Assembly (NCBI RefSeq): GCF_006345805.1
Contig: NC_043015.1
Coordinates: 44,206,001-44,270,000 of the forward strand
Direction of reading: 5' to 3'
Length of the DNA stretch: 64,000 nt
DNA from: Octopus sinensis
Taxonomy: Eukaryota
Shown piece after piece: positions 1-12,040 of the stretch. How positions within the stretch are numbered: the stretch's first letter is position 1; every line of letters starts with the position of its first letter. The notes under the pieces are model-generated. The model was given only the letters and a program-made list of their open reading frames with translations, was not told where the DNA came from and ran no database searches. The position numbers and the translations under genes are program-made.

Positions 1-159
1 GGTAATTGAAGGGTTTTAATCGAACAAATCGACGGCTGGACTTATGGCTTTCTTTTTACGTCTGTTACGTATTTAATTGTTAACTCTTGTCGAAAAAAAA
101 AAGACATAAGCAAACTAACATCGGGTTTTTCAAGCGGCGAGTGTAGAAAGCGCAAGCAC

Positions 160-301
160 CGGAACACACACACACATACACACACACACACACACAAACA
201 CACACACGCACATGCAGGCACGCACACACACACACACACACACACACATGCACGCACGCACACAAACACACACGCATACGCACACATACACACTTACTCA
301 C

Positions 302-354
<53 letters not shown>

Positions 355-380
355 TAGATAGATAGATAGATGGATGGATG

Positions 381-440
<60 letters not shown>

Positions 441-442
441 TA
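160..442. repeat. Compound microsatellite (CA)n-(TA)n-(GATA)n
   Basis: Directly visible simple repeats. Confidence 0.97.
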
Positions 443-850
443 GGCGCAGGCATGGCCCTGTGGTAAGAAGCTTGCTTCTCCCAACACATGGTTCCAGGTT
501 CAGTCTCGTTGCGTGGCACCTTGGGAAAGTTTTGGTCGGCCAGAGGTTATACTCGGGCCGACCAAAATTTTGTGAAGGGATTTGGTAGACGGACTATATA
601 TATATATATGTGTGTGTGTGTGTATACATACATATTTATGTGTGTGTATTTGTGTCTGTGTGTCACCACCCACCATCCGATATTTGACAACCGATATTGG
701 TGTGTTTGCATCGCCATAACATAGCGGTTCAGCAGAAGAAACCAATAGAATAAGCACCAGGCCCACAAGGAATATGTCCAGGGGTAGTTTTCGTTGACTA
801 AAAGACGCTGCTCCAGCATGGCCACCGTGAAATAACTGAGACGAGTAAAT
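443..850 (+). mobile_element. tRNA-derived SINE, family B (with internal TA/TG microsatellite), diverged full-length copy
   Basis: GGCGCAGG..TGGC..GTGGTAAG A-box and GGTTCAG B-box-like head; homologous to copies at 36520-36922 and 52895-53161; 3' end CTCCAGCATGGCC. Confidence 0.85.
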
Positions 851-939
851 CTAACACTGGGGTTTTCAAGTGGCGTGTGTGGCAAACACAAGCACAGAAT
901 GTACACAGACAGAGACAGACACTCACAATGGACTTCCAT

Positions 940-1105
940 ACAGTTTCCATTTGACTATTTTATCAAATTCACTGAAAAGGCGTTACATTGGTCGACCCCG
1001 GGCTATAATAGAAAAGGCTTGCCCAAGGTATCCTGCATTATGAGTGAACGCAAAACCATGTGGTTGCAAAACGGACTTCTTTACCGCAGAGCCATGTTTG
1101 CGCCT
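940..1105 (-). mobile_element. Degenerate 5' half of SINE family B
   Basis: Reverse-complement similarity to the head of 443-600 (aaaaccatgtggttg...ccatgtttgcgcc). Confidence 0.6.
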
Positions 1106-1992
1106 AAATTTCGTTGTGTTTTTATTCAGATTTCTGTTGTGAATGAAGACAACATTGATATTTAGCAACTATGAATGTCATCAAATTTATAATTCATATC
1201 TATAAAATTCCAAGCTACCCATTCATCATTGAATATTTGCAAAGATCAGCGAGTTCACGTAATGTGAAGAAAACAATTTATAATTGAGTTCGTTATTTTG
1301 CAAACTTAAAGATTATTAGCCTTCATTATAACTGAGCGATGAAATTAAGAGCTGAGCACAAAAATGAAACCAAACATATATGAATCAGTGCAATAAAAAT
1401 TGTCAGAAATAATTACATCTTGAAATTTGAATTTATCAGTTGAAAATTTGGGACGTGATAATATAATGCATACTATATCCATATTCTTGCGATTTATCAT
1501 CTCCATTATATGAATTTTAGGCATGATTATTAGTTTTCTGGTTATTACATTTGCTATAAAATCACAGCAGTTAAAATACGAATAATATTATAGCTTTAAT
1601 TCTATCGACCAAACTCCTCTTATTCTTCATAAACAAAATCATAAGACCAAGTGAGTTACCAATGATCAAGATACGTAGGAAGGTAGAGTTTATATTATTT
1701 CATATTATGAAAAATTGTGTTCCTTTCTATGATGGAGGTGAAGGTCAAATCAAGATCGAGCTGTAGTTATACAATTCTGATGTACAAAAACGCAGTAACA
1801 AGTATATTATATACTAGCACTATGACCCGGCGTTGCCTAAGGCGACTAAGGTCGCTATTCAGCACCGGTATTGCTAGAAATAAAACCCAAAATAACTCAT
1901 ATCCACAATAACTCACCGTCTTATTTACAAACATCGGGCGTAATAGATCACACGTAATTTCGAGTTTACATTAACGCTTATCAGTGGCTCTC

Positions 1993-2044
<52 letters not shown>

Positions 2045-2079
2045 TATATGTATATATACTTGGTGTATTAAGGCTATCA

Positions 2080-2800
2080 TCGGTTTCATATTCAGACGAC
2101 ATCTTGACAATTTCGAAGCCGATGACTTGGAGAAATTGGTGAGCGTCTCCATTTTAGATTAAAATACCAATGTGGTGTTGAGCACTCATTCCCATTGTTC
2201 GACATTTACATATGTACACACACACGCACACACACATGTATATAATGTACATATTCTTTGTTGAGGTGTACAGATTGTATATTAATAAAAAAAGGCAGTC
2301 AGAAGATAGATACATACCATTTATTGAGTGAATGCATCCCGTTGAGTGATTCATTAGGAATGGTGTTCTATTAAATGTTTATCCATTCTGTGTGTATATG
2401 ACTTAGTTGAAAAAAGCCAAGAACACAATCTGTTTTCTTGGGTTTGGAAACAAAAAAAACCCTCTTTTGGGAATGATCATTTGAGATGTTCTTTGTTAAG
2501 AATTATATGTGTATAGGTGTGTGCGATGAAGTTTTAAAAATAACATATATGAATATTTTTTGAGGTTTGTTTGGAGAGGAAAAAATACAAACATAGAAAA
2601 ATAAAGAGGTATTTGTTAGATGGTTGCTTTAATGACAGGTGAAGAAAGGTCAAACATTTTTATCCATTCGAATAAGTTGTTGCTTTTAGTCATTGAAAGA
2701 CTGATAGGTTCTTTGGTAGGGCTTTTAGGCTAATCAGTTGCTTCGGATAGCTTTTAAATGTGTATATGTGAGTGAATGTGTGCGCTGTGTTGATTGTAAC
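2080..2800 (-). mobile_element. Highly degenerate Penelope-like retroelement remnant (RT thumb to GIY-YIG region)
   Basis: Minus-strand fragments KSYPKQLI and TSTKNMYIIYMC resemble the PLE YP..LI thumb motif and the C.TKNVIY.I.C start of GIY-YIG; many stops; a (CA)n lies within the Cys motif. Confidence 0.4.
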
Positions 2801-3011
2801 GGTAAAATTATAGTGAATTCTACAGCCTAGAAGCTAACCATAAAACCTTAAAAGCATCAATTCATTGCTACTGATAAAAAAGTTGAACTCTTGAGCTGTC
2901 ATCAGATGGACCATCTCAGAAAATACCTCTTAATATTTTTATTTTCTTTTACTTTTATTCCTTTAACCAAGCTTCTAAAAAATCTATTATATATGCTTTG
3001 TTTAAAATTCC

Positions 3012-3049
<38 letters not shown>

Positions 3050-3525
3050 GTACATGACATATAGATTTAAATTAACGAAGAACATTTCAACTAACGTCTA
3101 CTGGATCACAATTTTTTTTCCTTCCAAAACACAGGAAAAAAATTGAACTCATAATTTGTTTCGACCAACTCACATACGTAAAAAGGATACATTTTCCATA
3201 ACCTACTAGTAATGATCAAACCCTAAATGGGATGAAAGCGATGGATAATTAGTATTCGTCCAAATCCTGACAACCTTCGCTTGTTAATAGATATACACAC
3301 AAACCAGCGAGCTGCTAGAATCTTTAGCAGGATGGGCAAAATGCTTGGCAGCAATTCGTCCGTCTTTACCGTCGGAGCTCATATTTTACCGAGGTCAACA
3401 TTGCTTTTCATTTCTTTCGTGGTTAATGAAATTGATAAAGTAGGTACCAGTTGAGCACATGGGTCGATGTAATCGGCTTACTTCTCCTTTGAACTTGCTG
3501 GTCTTGTGGCAAAAGTTTCAAACCA

Positions 3526-3592
<67 letters not shown>

Positions 3593-3607
3593 TAGATAGA
3601 TAGATAT

Positions 3608-4100
3608 AGGCGCAGACATAGCCAAGTGGTAAGAAGCTTGTTTGGTAAGGCGGCGAGCTGGCAGAAACGTTAGCACGCCGGGAGAAATGCTTAGCGGTAT
3701 TTCATCTGCCGTTACCTTCTGAGTTTAAATTCCGCCGAGGTCGACTTTGCCTTTCATCCGTTCGGAGTCGGAGTCCATAAATTAAGTACCAGTTACGCAC
3801 TGGTGTCGATATAATCGACTTAATCCGTTTGTCTGTCCTTATTTGTCCTCTCTGTGTTTAGCCCCTTGTGGGTAGTAAAGAAATAGGTATTTTGTCTGCC
3901 GTTACATTCTGAGTTCAAATTCCGCCGAGGTCGACTTTGCCTTTCAACCTTTCGCGATTGATAAATTAAGTACCAGTTACGCAGTGGGGTCGATATAATC
4001 GACTTAATCCGTTTGTCCGTCCCCTCTGTGTTTAGCCCCTTGTGAGCAATAAAGAAATAAGAAGCTTGCTTCCCCCACTACATGGTTCCAGGTCGTGTTT
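3608..4100 (+). mobile_element. Truncated SINE B head interrupted by a nested SINE A
   Basis: Head ggcgcagacatagccaagtggtaagaagcttg at 3608-3640 resumes as taagaagcttgcttccccc..catggttccagg at about 4058; duplicated taagaagcttg.tt flanks the insert. Confidence 0.8.
3646..4057 (+). mobile_element. tRNA-derived SINE family A, two-unit copy
   Basis: AAGGCGGCGAGCTGGCAGAAACG head, GAGTTCAAATTCC B-box, gaggtcgactttgcctttcatcc core; the 3' ~185 bp is repeated. Confidence 0.92.
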
Positions 4101-4250
4101 AGACTCACCTTCAAATAACAGCTGTATAGTGTTACGCGAATAGGTACGAGAAATGTGATTGATAAAACAGAGGAAGACATTTGAAGCACATACACACACA
4201 CACAGACACACACACGCACACACACACATATGCTCGGACACCTTTTATGG

Positions 4251-4633
4251 TGGAAGCACTCCGTCGGTTACGACGACGACGGGGTCCGGTTGATCCGAAT
4301 CAACGGAACAGCCTGCTCGTGAAATAACGTGTAAGTGGCTGAGCACTCCACAGACACGTGTACCCTTAACGTAGTTCTCGGGATTTCAACGTGACACAGA
4401 GAGTGAAAAGGCCGGCCCTTTGAAATACAGGTACAACAGAAACAGGAAGTAAGAGTGAGAGAAAGTTGTGGTGAAAGAGTACAGCAGGGATCACCACCAT
4501 CCCCTGCCGGAGCCTCGTGGAGCTTTTAAGTGTTTTCGCTCAATAAACACTCACAACGCCCGGTCTGGGAATCGAAACCGCGATCCTATGACCGCGAGTC
4601 CACTGCCCTAACTACTGGGCCATTGCGCCTCCA
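4251..4633 (-). mobile_element. tRNA-derived SINE family C, full length
   Basis: Head GGAGGCGCAATGGCCCAGT..GGTTTCGATTCCC on the minus strand; 3' tail ...CCGACGGAGTGCTTCCA; near-identical to 20415-20781 and 37546-37951. Confidence 0.92.
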
Positions 4634-5357
4634 CTACACCTTGTATACAGTGTGGAACACACATGAAAATAAACATTGACATTCGAACATTTACAACATT
4701 AATGAACGACAGCAGGCACGACGACGAAACTGGCAAAATTGAGAAAGTAATAGAAAAATGTATCCATCAAAAATAGTATACATTCAATAATTGTAAATTA
4801 TCCGAACTGACGCTTTTGGCACCGAAAGAAATCTCCTCAACGTGACGGCTGTCTAATTGCGTTAATTATTAGAAGAATTTATTATCAAAATTAATGTATA
4901 CATTTGTTATCTCTGAGGTATCTTGTGCAGCGTTATCAGTAGCTGCTGTACTGATCAACCATAAATTCTATGCAAGTATCTACGAGTCCTAACAATGCGT
5001 GCAAACATATGGGTGAATAAATAAATGCTACTTGTGAGGATAAGCGATTTTAATTAACCGATGTTCCCCCAGAGGATTTATGCGATTAGATCGGACGGTA
5101 TTTTTCTCCCTTGCTGTCTTATTTGAAACCTGTTAGACGGGAATCGAAGCATTTAGCCATTTAGACAAATACCGCTAATCACAAATCACATGAAAATAGA
5201 TTTACAGATTCTTCTAAACATTCGCTAATAACACGGAATACACACGAGAAATTGTCGTGATATCTCAAAACTTAATCTATCATGTATTAGAGATGTTCGT
5301 ATTTGGGTAAAATACTTTTAATGAATCCAATGACGTCACTTAAACGATTTTTGTCAG

Positions 5358-5389
5358 ATAAAGCCTGGTTGTCATTAACAACAGAAACG
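5358..5389 (+). CDS. Speculative 32-nt micro-exon (xKAWLSLTTET)
   Basis: tttttgtcag acceptor and ACG|gtgagc donor with one open frame; no protein family recognised. Confidence 0.15.
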
Positions 5390-5499
5390 GTGAGCCGCAG
5401 GCCATTAGTTTCCGCTTTTTCTCCTATATAAATCTCAATATGAACTAATAATTCTTTTTATATCTCCTGTTCTTCGTCTTAAATACTTAAGATAATAAC

Positions 5500-5518
5500 A
5501 ACAATAATAATAATAATG

Positions 5519-5588
<70 letters not shown>

Positions 5589-5597
5589 TAAATAATA
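5500..5597. repeat. (AAT)n microsatellite
   Basis: Direct observation. Confidence 0.97.
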
Positions 5598-6149
5598 GTC
5601 AATTTGATAGCAGTAATGATGATCTAGTGTTGTATTGTTCAATGCGCATTATGTGTTCAGCTTAATAGCAGTATGGCCGAGTGGTTAATAAATTTATTTC
5701 GAAATCACAGCATCCCTATTTCGATTCTGTTGCAAGGCATCTTGAGCAAGTATTATTTTCTAAGGCTTTGAGTCGGTCCACGCCTTGTGAGTAAAATTCG
5801 GTAAAGAGAAACTATGTTCCGGATCTTTAATTCAAAAGCCCAGTTTTATCAAATATAGTGTCAAACTGATTCTGCCTGATGCTATATACCAAGCCAAAAA
5901 ATTCTAATGTAGTTTTCATCGTCTCTGTCAACTTCGCTGCTTGAGTTTCGGTGACTGCATTCAGTTTGTCACTTCTAGAAACTGCAGCAATTTATATTGC
6001 ATAACAGAACTTGTACAAACACAAACACACACACACATACACACACACATACACACACACACACGCACACACACATACATACAGACACACGGAGAGCTAA
6101 CGCATTGGACCATCTATAGTCTACTGAACTGAATATAATAAATATTTAT

Positions 6150-6235
6150 TTCTTTATTGCTCACATGGGGCTAAACATAGAGGGGACAAACAAGAACAGA
6201 GAAAGGGATTAAGTCGATTACATCGACCCCAGGAT
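6150..6235 (-). mobile_element. SINE family A 3' fragment
   Basis: tttctttattgc..gggctaaacatagaggggacaaacaag..gattaagtcgattacatcgacccc matches the family A tail. Confidence 0.8.
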
Positions 6236-6525
6236 ATTTTTAAAGAGACCAGATTATATTTGTAGGGTTTCTAAATTTCAAACGAAATAATCGATATGGA
6301 AAAAGAATACAACAACGTAGAATCAATTCCCATATATTAAAGAACATCACACAACAAATTTGAGAAAAAATTATAGTTAATAAATAACAAGTATCTTAAA
6401 ATAGGGAGTTGCTTTCAATCACCTTATTTTGAAATTATAAGGATAATGCCATACTAAATTCTGGTGCCTCAACTTAGGTACCGTATTCATCTTAATCCCT
6501 CTCTGTCTCTCACTCTCTCTCTCTC

Positions 6526-6574
<49 letters not shown>

Positions 6575-6690
6575 TATGTGTGTGTATATATACATATATA
6601 ATATTATATATACATATATATATGCATATGTGTGTGTATATATACATATATATATATACACATATATATATATATATGCATATGTGTGTG

Positions 6691-6723
<33 letters not shown>

Positions 6724-6746
6724 GTATATATACATACTGTGAAGAC

Positions 6747-7171
6747 TATTTGCCAACGTGATGCGGCAGTCCCGGTTGGGACGAAAGTTATTGTCATTTA
6801 GCCCCAGGGCACATTGTCTCCAGCTCGCTATACGTTATACGGCACACATTCCGTGTTCTTATACATTCGAACAGCGGATTCCAGTAACCCCACTCAGTAC
6901 AGAGTAGTATCTGCGGACCTCAGTGTCAGTTCGAACGGGAATTTAGCAGCGTCATCTCTGTCAAGCAGTCATTCTGTGCAGAGGAAGGGACATAACCAAG
7001 ACATCGCGGTTCAGAGATATTGCTTTGTACTGAGAGGGGATGCTGGACACTCCTGTTCGAAAATATAAGGTCGCACATTGTGTGCCGTATAGCCTGGTGG
7101 AGACAATGCTTCGTAGGGCTAACATATATATATTCATCCCAACCGCATCTGCCAAATTATGTTGGCAAATA
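6747..7171. mobile_element. MITE-like element with ~100-bp imperfect terminal inverted repeats
   Basis: TATTTGCCAAC...cattgtctcca...tatacggcacac at left versus gtgtgccgtata...tggagacaatg...GTTGGCAAATA at right; non-coding core. Confidence 0.65.
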
Positions 7172-7248
7172 ATATTTACTTTAGAGTACAGTTACAGAAT
7201 TCTATCGTTAAGAGGTTTAGAAATAATACATTTTCTGTTACACACACG

Positions 7249-7282
<34 letters not shown>

Positions 7283-7310
7283 CATACATGTATATATATA
7301 TATTATATAT

Positions 7311-8193
7311 AAATCCTTAAATCCTTAAAATGTTTTAGCCCGAAGGCCGCGGCCATGCTGGGGCACCACCGCTGAATGAGCTACACTAGTTTGTGAATCC
7401 AACCTCTGATACGTGGCACTTGATCAACAAGGGAGTTCGATGCTGCTGCCCGCATCCGTGTCTCCTGTCGTGAGGTAGGTTCATCTGGGACTCCCAACAA
7501 GAAGAGATCTAGTTTAGTTTTAAAGAAACCCACATCCACCACCATGTAAGTCTCTCAGGCATTTAGGGAGGATGTTAAAGAGCTGTGGTCCTCTGAAACC
7601 CAAGCTGTTGCAGTATCTGGACCTGTATTTGATGGTGTGTTGGAATCCTTGGCACCACGCAGCGGCGCCCCGTTCTGCGGTTGGAGTAACTTTGAATGCC
7701 AAAGTTTGGGACAAGACCCTCCAGGATTTTTCCAGATGTATATCACGGCATATCTCTCCCGCCTCCGCTCCAGGGAGAAGAGGTTTAATACCTTCAGTCT
7801 TTCCCAGTAGCTGACATTTTGCATTGAGACGATTTTCTTTGTGTAGCTTCTCTGAGTTGCTTCGAGTTCTGCTGTTTGTTTTATATTGTGTGGTGACCAA
7901 AGTTGGGAGCAGTAGTCCAGCGGCTGAGGACAAATGTTTTCCATAGGACCATCAGTGTCTCCTTCTCTCTGTTCTGAAAGTTCGGAGAATCCATCCAGCT
8001 AGCCGTCTGCATTTTATCACCAGATTAGCAATATGCATTTGAAAGATGCATCATTGCTCATGGTCAATGCCCAGGTCCCGCACTGATTTTGACTCAGGAT
8101 TGCAATTCTCCTGGGCCAGTGTATCCAGTCTTCACGTCATTTACCTTGTGTGCCAGTAGCGCAGGGCCTGGAACTTACCTGCATTAAACTGCA
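7311..8193 (-). mobile_element. CR1/L2-group LINE 3' fragment (RT C-terminus and 3' UTR), frameshifted
   Basis: Peptides MQFNAGKFQ, LDYCSQLWSP, SYWERLKVLNLFSLERRRERYAVIYIWK, FRGPQLFNILP; short tandem tail; paralogue of 32516-33509. Confidence 0.92.
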
Positions 8194-8640
8194 TATATAT
8201 ATATATATTTTATATATATGTATATATATATATAATGTATATATATGTATATAATATATATATGTATATAATATATATATGTATATATATATATCTATAT
8301 ATATATATGCATATGTAATATCTCTATATGCATATATACATGGATATTTATATGTAATATATATATAAGATGTATATTACATATGTATATATATGTGTGT
8401 AAATATATGTATATATATATGTGTGTATATATATATGCATATTATATGCGTATATATATATAAATGTATATATATGTATATGTGTATATATATGTATATA
8501 TATATGTATAATTATGTAAATGTATATATATATTCATGTATATGTATGTATATGCAGATATATGTATATACAAATATGTATATATATTATGGATATCTAT
8601 ATATATGTATATATGTGTGTAAATATATACATATTATAAC

Positions 8641-8711
<71 letters not shown>

Positions 8712-8712
8712 T
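8193..8712. repeat. Degenerate (TA)n/(TATG)n microsatellite tract
   Basis: Direct observation. Confidence 0.95.
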
Positions 8713-9534
8713 ATTGTATAGATAAGTAACAGTCACACAATATAGATACATTCGGCAAACAGCCGTACATGATTTAATGTTTATAAATAACATCAAGAAT
8801 AATTCGGCCTGACATTCTATTGTAATAAATTTCTGCCAATCTGAAACAGTAAATGACAGGACAAACAATTTATACCAGAATTCATTTTAGATAAATTGAG
8901 ACTAATATAAACAGACGAAAAAACAAAACAAAACAAAACAAAACAATAATGAAATAAAAATCAAAGAAATACAACTGAAGTATCTGAGACGGAAATAAAA
9001 TATAATTATTAGACAAAATATGATGGGACAGTTTTCAATCAGTGAAGTACAGAAAATGTATAATAATAACAATTATTAAAAAACTAAGAAGAAAACGAGA
9101 CGAAAAAAATGTGTACATTATGAAAGTGTTGACAGTTTCAAGTGTTTCGAGAAAGAACGAAATATGTAAGATGAATCAGTCTCGTTCAGAAATATATGAG
9201 TGACGCCATTTTGTTCGTTGCTCTACTTTTAATGATATCTTCTGACACAATTTCCAAAGTGTTTCTCTCGCACAGAAGATCGTTCGTATAAACACACTGA
9301 CAAAGCGTTAACAGATATTGCATGCAATCTATGAAAATTGTTTATGTCTTTTGCTAATAGGTGGGCGCCCGTCAGTAGTGTGAATAGTGAAACAAAACGA
9401 TAGAAGAAAGAAAATTTAATAAAATTGCAAAGTCGATCAATCATTGCTGTTGTCTATTTATGAATTTAAGTTTGCGTGTATCTATATACATATATATATA
9501 TATACACACACATATATATACATATGTATATATA

Positions 9535-9567
<33 letters not shown>

Positions 9568-9755
9568 ATATAATATACACACACACACACAAAATATATA
9601 TATACAAGTATATATGAATGTATGTAGTATGCATGTTTGGTATGTATGTTATATAATTTTATATATATATTATGTATATATATATTATATATGTCTGCAT
9701 ATATATATTTATTATGTATATATATATATAATATAATAGATATATATATTATTTA

Positions 9756-9940
9756 TACCGGAGTAACACATAAATGTGAAACAAGGTGCAAAAAAGAGTA
9801 CTCAAGTACCAGTGGTAGAGTAATATGCTTTATTTAAAAGCAGCAGAAAATTCAACAAACCTGTTACTCTGAGTTTCACGTTCCCGAAACTCAGAATAAC
9901 AGGCTTTGTTGAATTTTCTGCTGCTTTTAAATAAAGTATA
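9756..9940 (-). mobile_element. Fold-back short element: ~55-bp inverted arms plus ~68-nt unpaired tail, embedded in (TA)n
   Basis: 9824-9877 pairs with 9886-9940 around an 8-nt loop; related sequence at 15197-15300. Confidence 0.8.
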
Positions 9941-9955
9941 TATATTTATATACAC

Positions 9956-9986
<31 letters not shown>

Positions 9987-9989
9987 TAT

Positions 9990-10235
9990 AACGGAAGCTT
10001 TATGAAAATAGACAAAAGACGAAGGCAGGTTTTACGGAAATAAACAAAAGACGAAGGCAGGTGGAATACAAACATACAATTGTATTAGTATGGCGCTCAG
10101 GAAATATAAATAAAACAATGTCTTTAACGTTTCGAGCCTACGCTCTTCAACAGAAAGATACACAGAGAAAAACAGAAAGAAGGAGAGAAAAAAAATATGC
10201 GTGCAGAGGCTAGCGAATCAACATGGCGATCTGTA
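9990..10235 (-). mobile_element. Short interspersed non-coding element with hammerhead-core-like motif (PLE-associated type)
   Basis: CTGTTGA-AGAGC-GTAG-GCTC-GAAAC on the minus strand; homologues at 25681-25845 and 40428-40615. Confidence 0.7.
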
Positions 10236-10482
10236 TATATATATATATATGTACATTTCAGCATGCACTTTTATCATTCTATCTATTTATCTATATACCT
10301 ATCTATGTGTTTGCCTGTCTGTCTATCCGTCTGTCTATACTCTTGTCTGTGTATGCCTGTCTCGTTGTCTGTCTGCCTGCATTCGTTTCATTCCTTTTCT
10401 TACTTTCTCTTTCAGTCTCTCTCAGAAGTTATCCATTTTAAGCATAAATTTGTTTTTCACATTTTATATGCACGTATGTATG

Positions 10483-10515
<33 letters not shown>

Positions 10516-10525
10516 TATATAACAT

Positions 10526-10910
10526 ATAGAATGGTTGTATACTGTCAATCTAACAATTCAGTGAATAGACTTCACTGAATATAGATATATACAAATACGA
10601 AGTCGAGGCAAATATCACCAGCTGACCGGTGTCTGCTACTCTAGGCCGATGAAGGACAACGATCCTGAAACACGTGTCCCTAGATGCAGTTCCGGCAGCC
10701 GAGGGTGTTTGTCTCCCCTTCGTAAATGTATATAAGGACACAGGGAAAATGTGTCAAAGCCATCAGGAGGCGTTTGATGATTCCTAGGGCTATACAGCGG
10801 TGGTGTTCCCCCTACTGTCACGTTCTTGTTAGATTGACAGTATACAACCATTCTATCGCCCCACCACCGTACATGTCTCTACGAGAGATTTAGAAATTCA
10901 ATATTTCTTA
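10526..10910 (+). mobile_element. Hammerhead-bearing short element with 31-bp inverted repeat, inserted in (TA)n
   Basis: Perfect IR 10526-10556 / 10826-10856; 54-nt tail to 10910; 3' part homologous to 48075-48238. Confidence 0.85.
10621..10699 (+). ncRNA. Type-I hammerhead ribozyme (minimal palindromic stem III, U4C variant)
   Basis: Stem I UCUAGG/CCUAGA extended by CUGC/GCAG, CCGG/CCGG, GCUG/CAGC; core CCGAUGA; stem II AGGA-CAACGA-UCCU; GAAA; stem III C-ACGU-G; GUC cleavage triplet ending at 10678. Confidence 0.8.
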
Positions 10911-11294
10911 TATACATATAGATATACATATACATATATGGATAAATATATATATATGTATATGTATGTATGTATATATATAGAGAGAGATGTATGTAAA
11001 TATTATTGTATATATGTATATAACTATATGCATAATATATGTATATACTATACATCTATATGTATACTTAGTGTATTTGGTGTAGTGTGAGTGTGTATAT
11101 ATATGTATGTGTGTGTGTATGTGTTTATATATGCATGTATATGTAGAGGAATACTTCAGAAAACAGTCAACACGTCGAGATGTATCGAATGCATTTTGCT
11201 TTTCTTTTCTTTGTTTAATTATAATAACTGTTATTGTTTTTTTTTTCTGTGAATCAGTGATTGAAAATATCTCATATTTTGTTTCTTTATCTAA

Positions 11295-11394
11295 NNNNNN
11301 NNNNNNNNNNNNNNNNNNNNNNNNNNNNNNNNNNNNNNNNNNNNNNNNNNNNNNNNNNNNNNNNNNNNNNNNNNNNNNNNNNNNNNNNNNNNNN
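11295..11394. other. Assembly gap (100 N)
   Basis: Run of N. Confidence 1.
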
Positions 11395-11620
11395 ACACAC
11401 ATATAGCTCTATATGTATATATGAATATGCAAACACTCAAGTAATATTTTGTTGCCATTAAAAACGTTTTCCTAAGACACAAGATGAATATAAGACGAGC
11501 AAATAATAAAACGGATGGTATTCTATTGGTAGTATGAGTTAAGAATCATTTAAATCTGAGTACATCGATTCGAAATTCCAAAGATATATGCCAAGTTCTT
11601 GTTTCAGCAATCTTTCTTGA

Positions 11621-11656
<36 letters not shown>

Positions 11657-11661
<5 letters not shown>

Positions 11662-11890
11662 CTTTATTACCCACAAGGGGCTAAACACAGATGAGACAAA
11701 CAAGGACAGACAAACGGATTAAGTTGATTATATCGACCCCAGTGCGTAACTGGTACTTAATTTAACGACCCCGAAAGGATGAAAGGCAAAGTCGACCTCA
11801 GCGGAATTCGAACTCGGAACGTAACGGCAGACGAAATACGGCGACGCATTTCGCCCGGTGTGCTAACGTTTCTGCCAGCTATCGCCGCCT
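11657..11890 (-). mobile_element. SINE family A, single unit
   Basis: Reverse complement of the family A consensus. Confidence 0.92.
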
Positions 11891-11910
11891 ATATATATAT
11901 ATATATTTAT

Positions 11911-12010
11911 GTGGAGGCACATGGCCCAGTGGTTAGAGCAGTGGACTCTCGGTCGAGGCATCGCGAGTTCGGATCTCAGACCGAGCGATGTGTTTATTCA
12001 ACCGTTGTGA
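11911..12010 (+). mobile_element. SINE family C head only
   Basis: GTGGAGGCACATGGCCCAGTGGTTAGAGCAGTGGACTC..GAGTTCGGATCTCAGACCG. Confidence 0.75.
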
Positions 12011-12040
12011 GACAGGTTTTAAATAAAGGGTTCTAATGTA

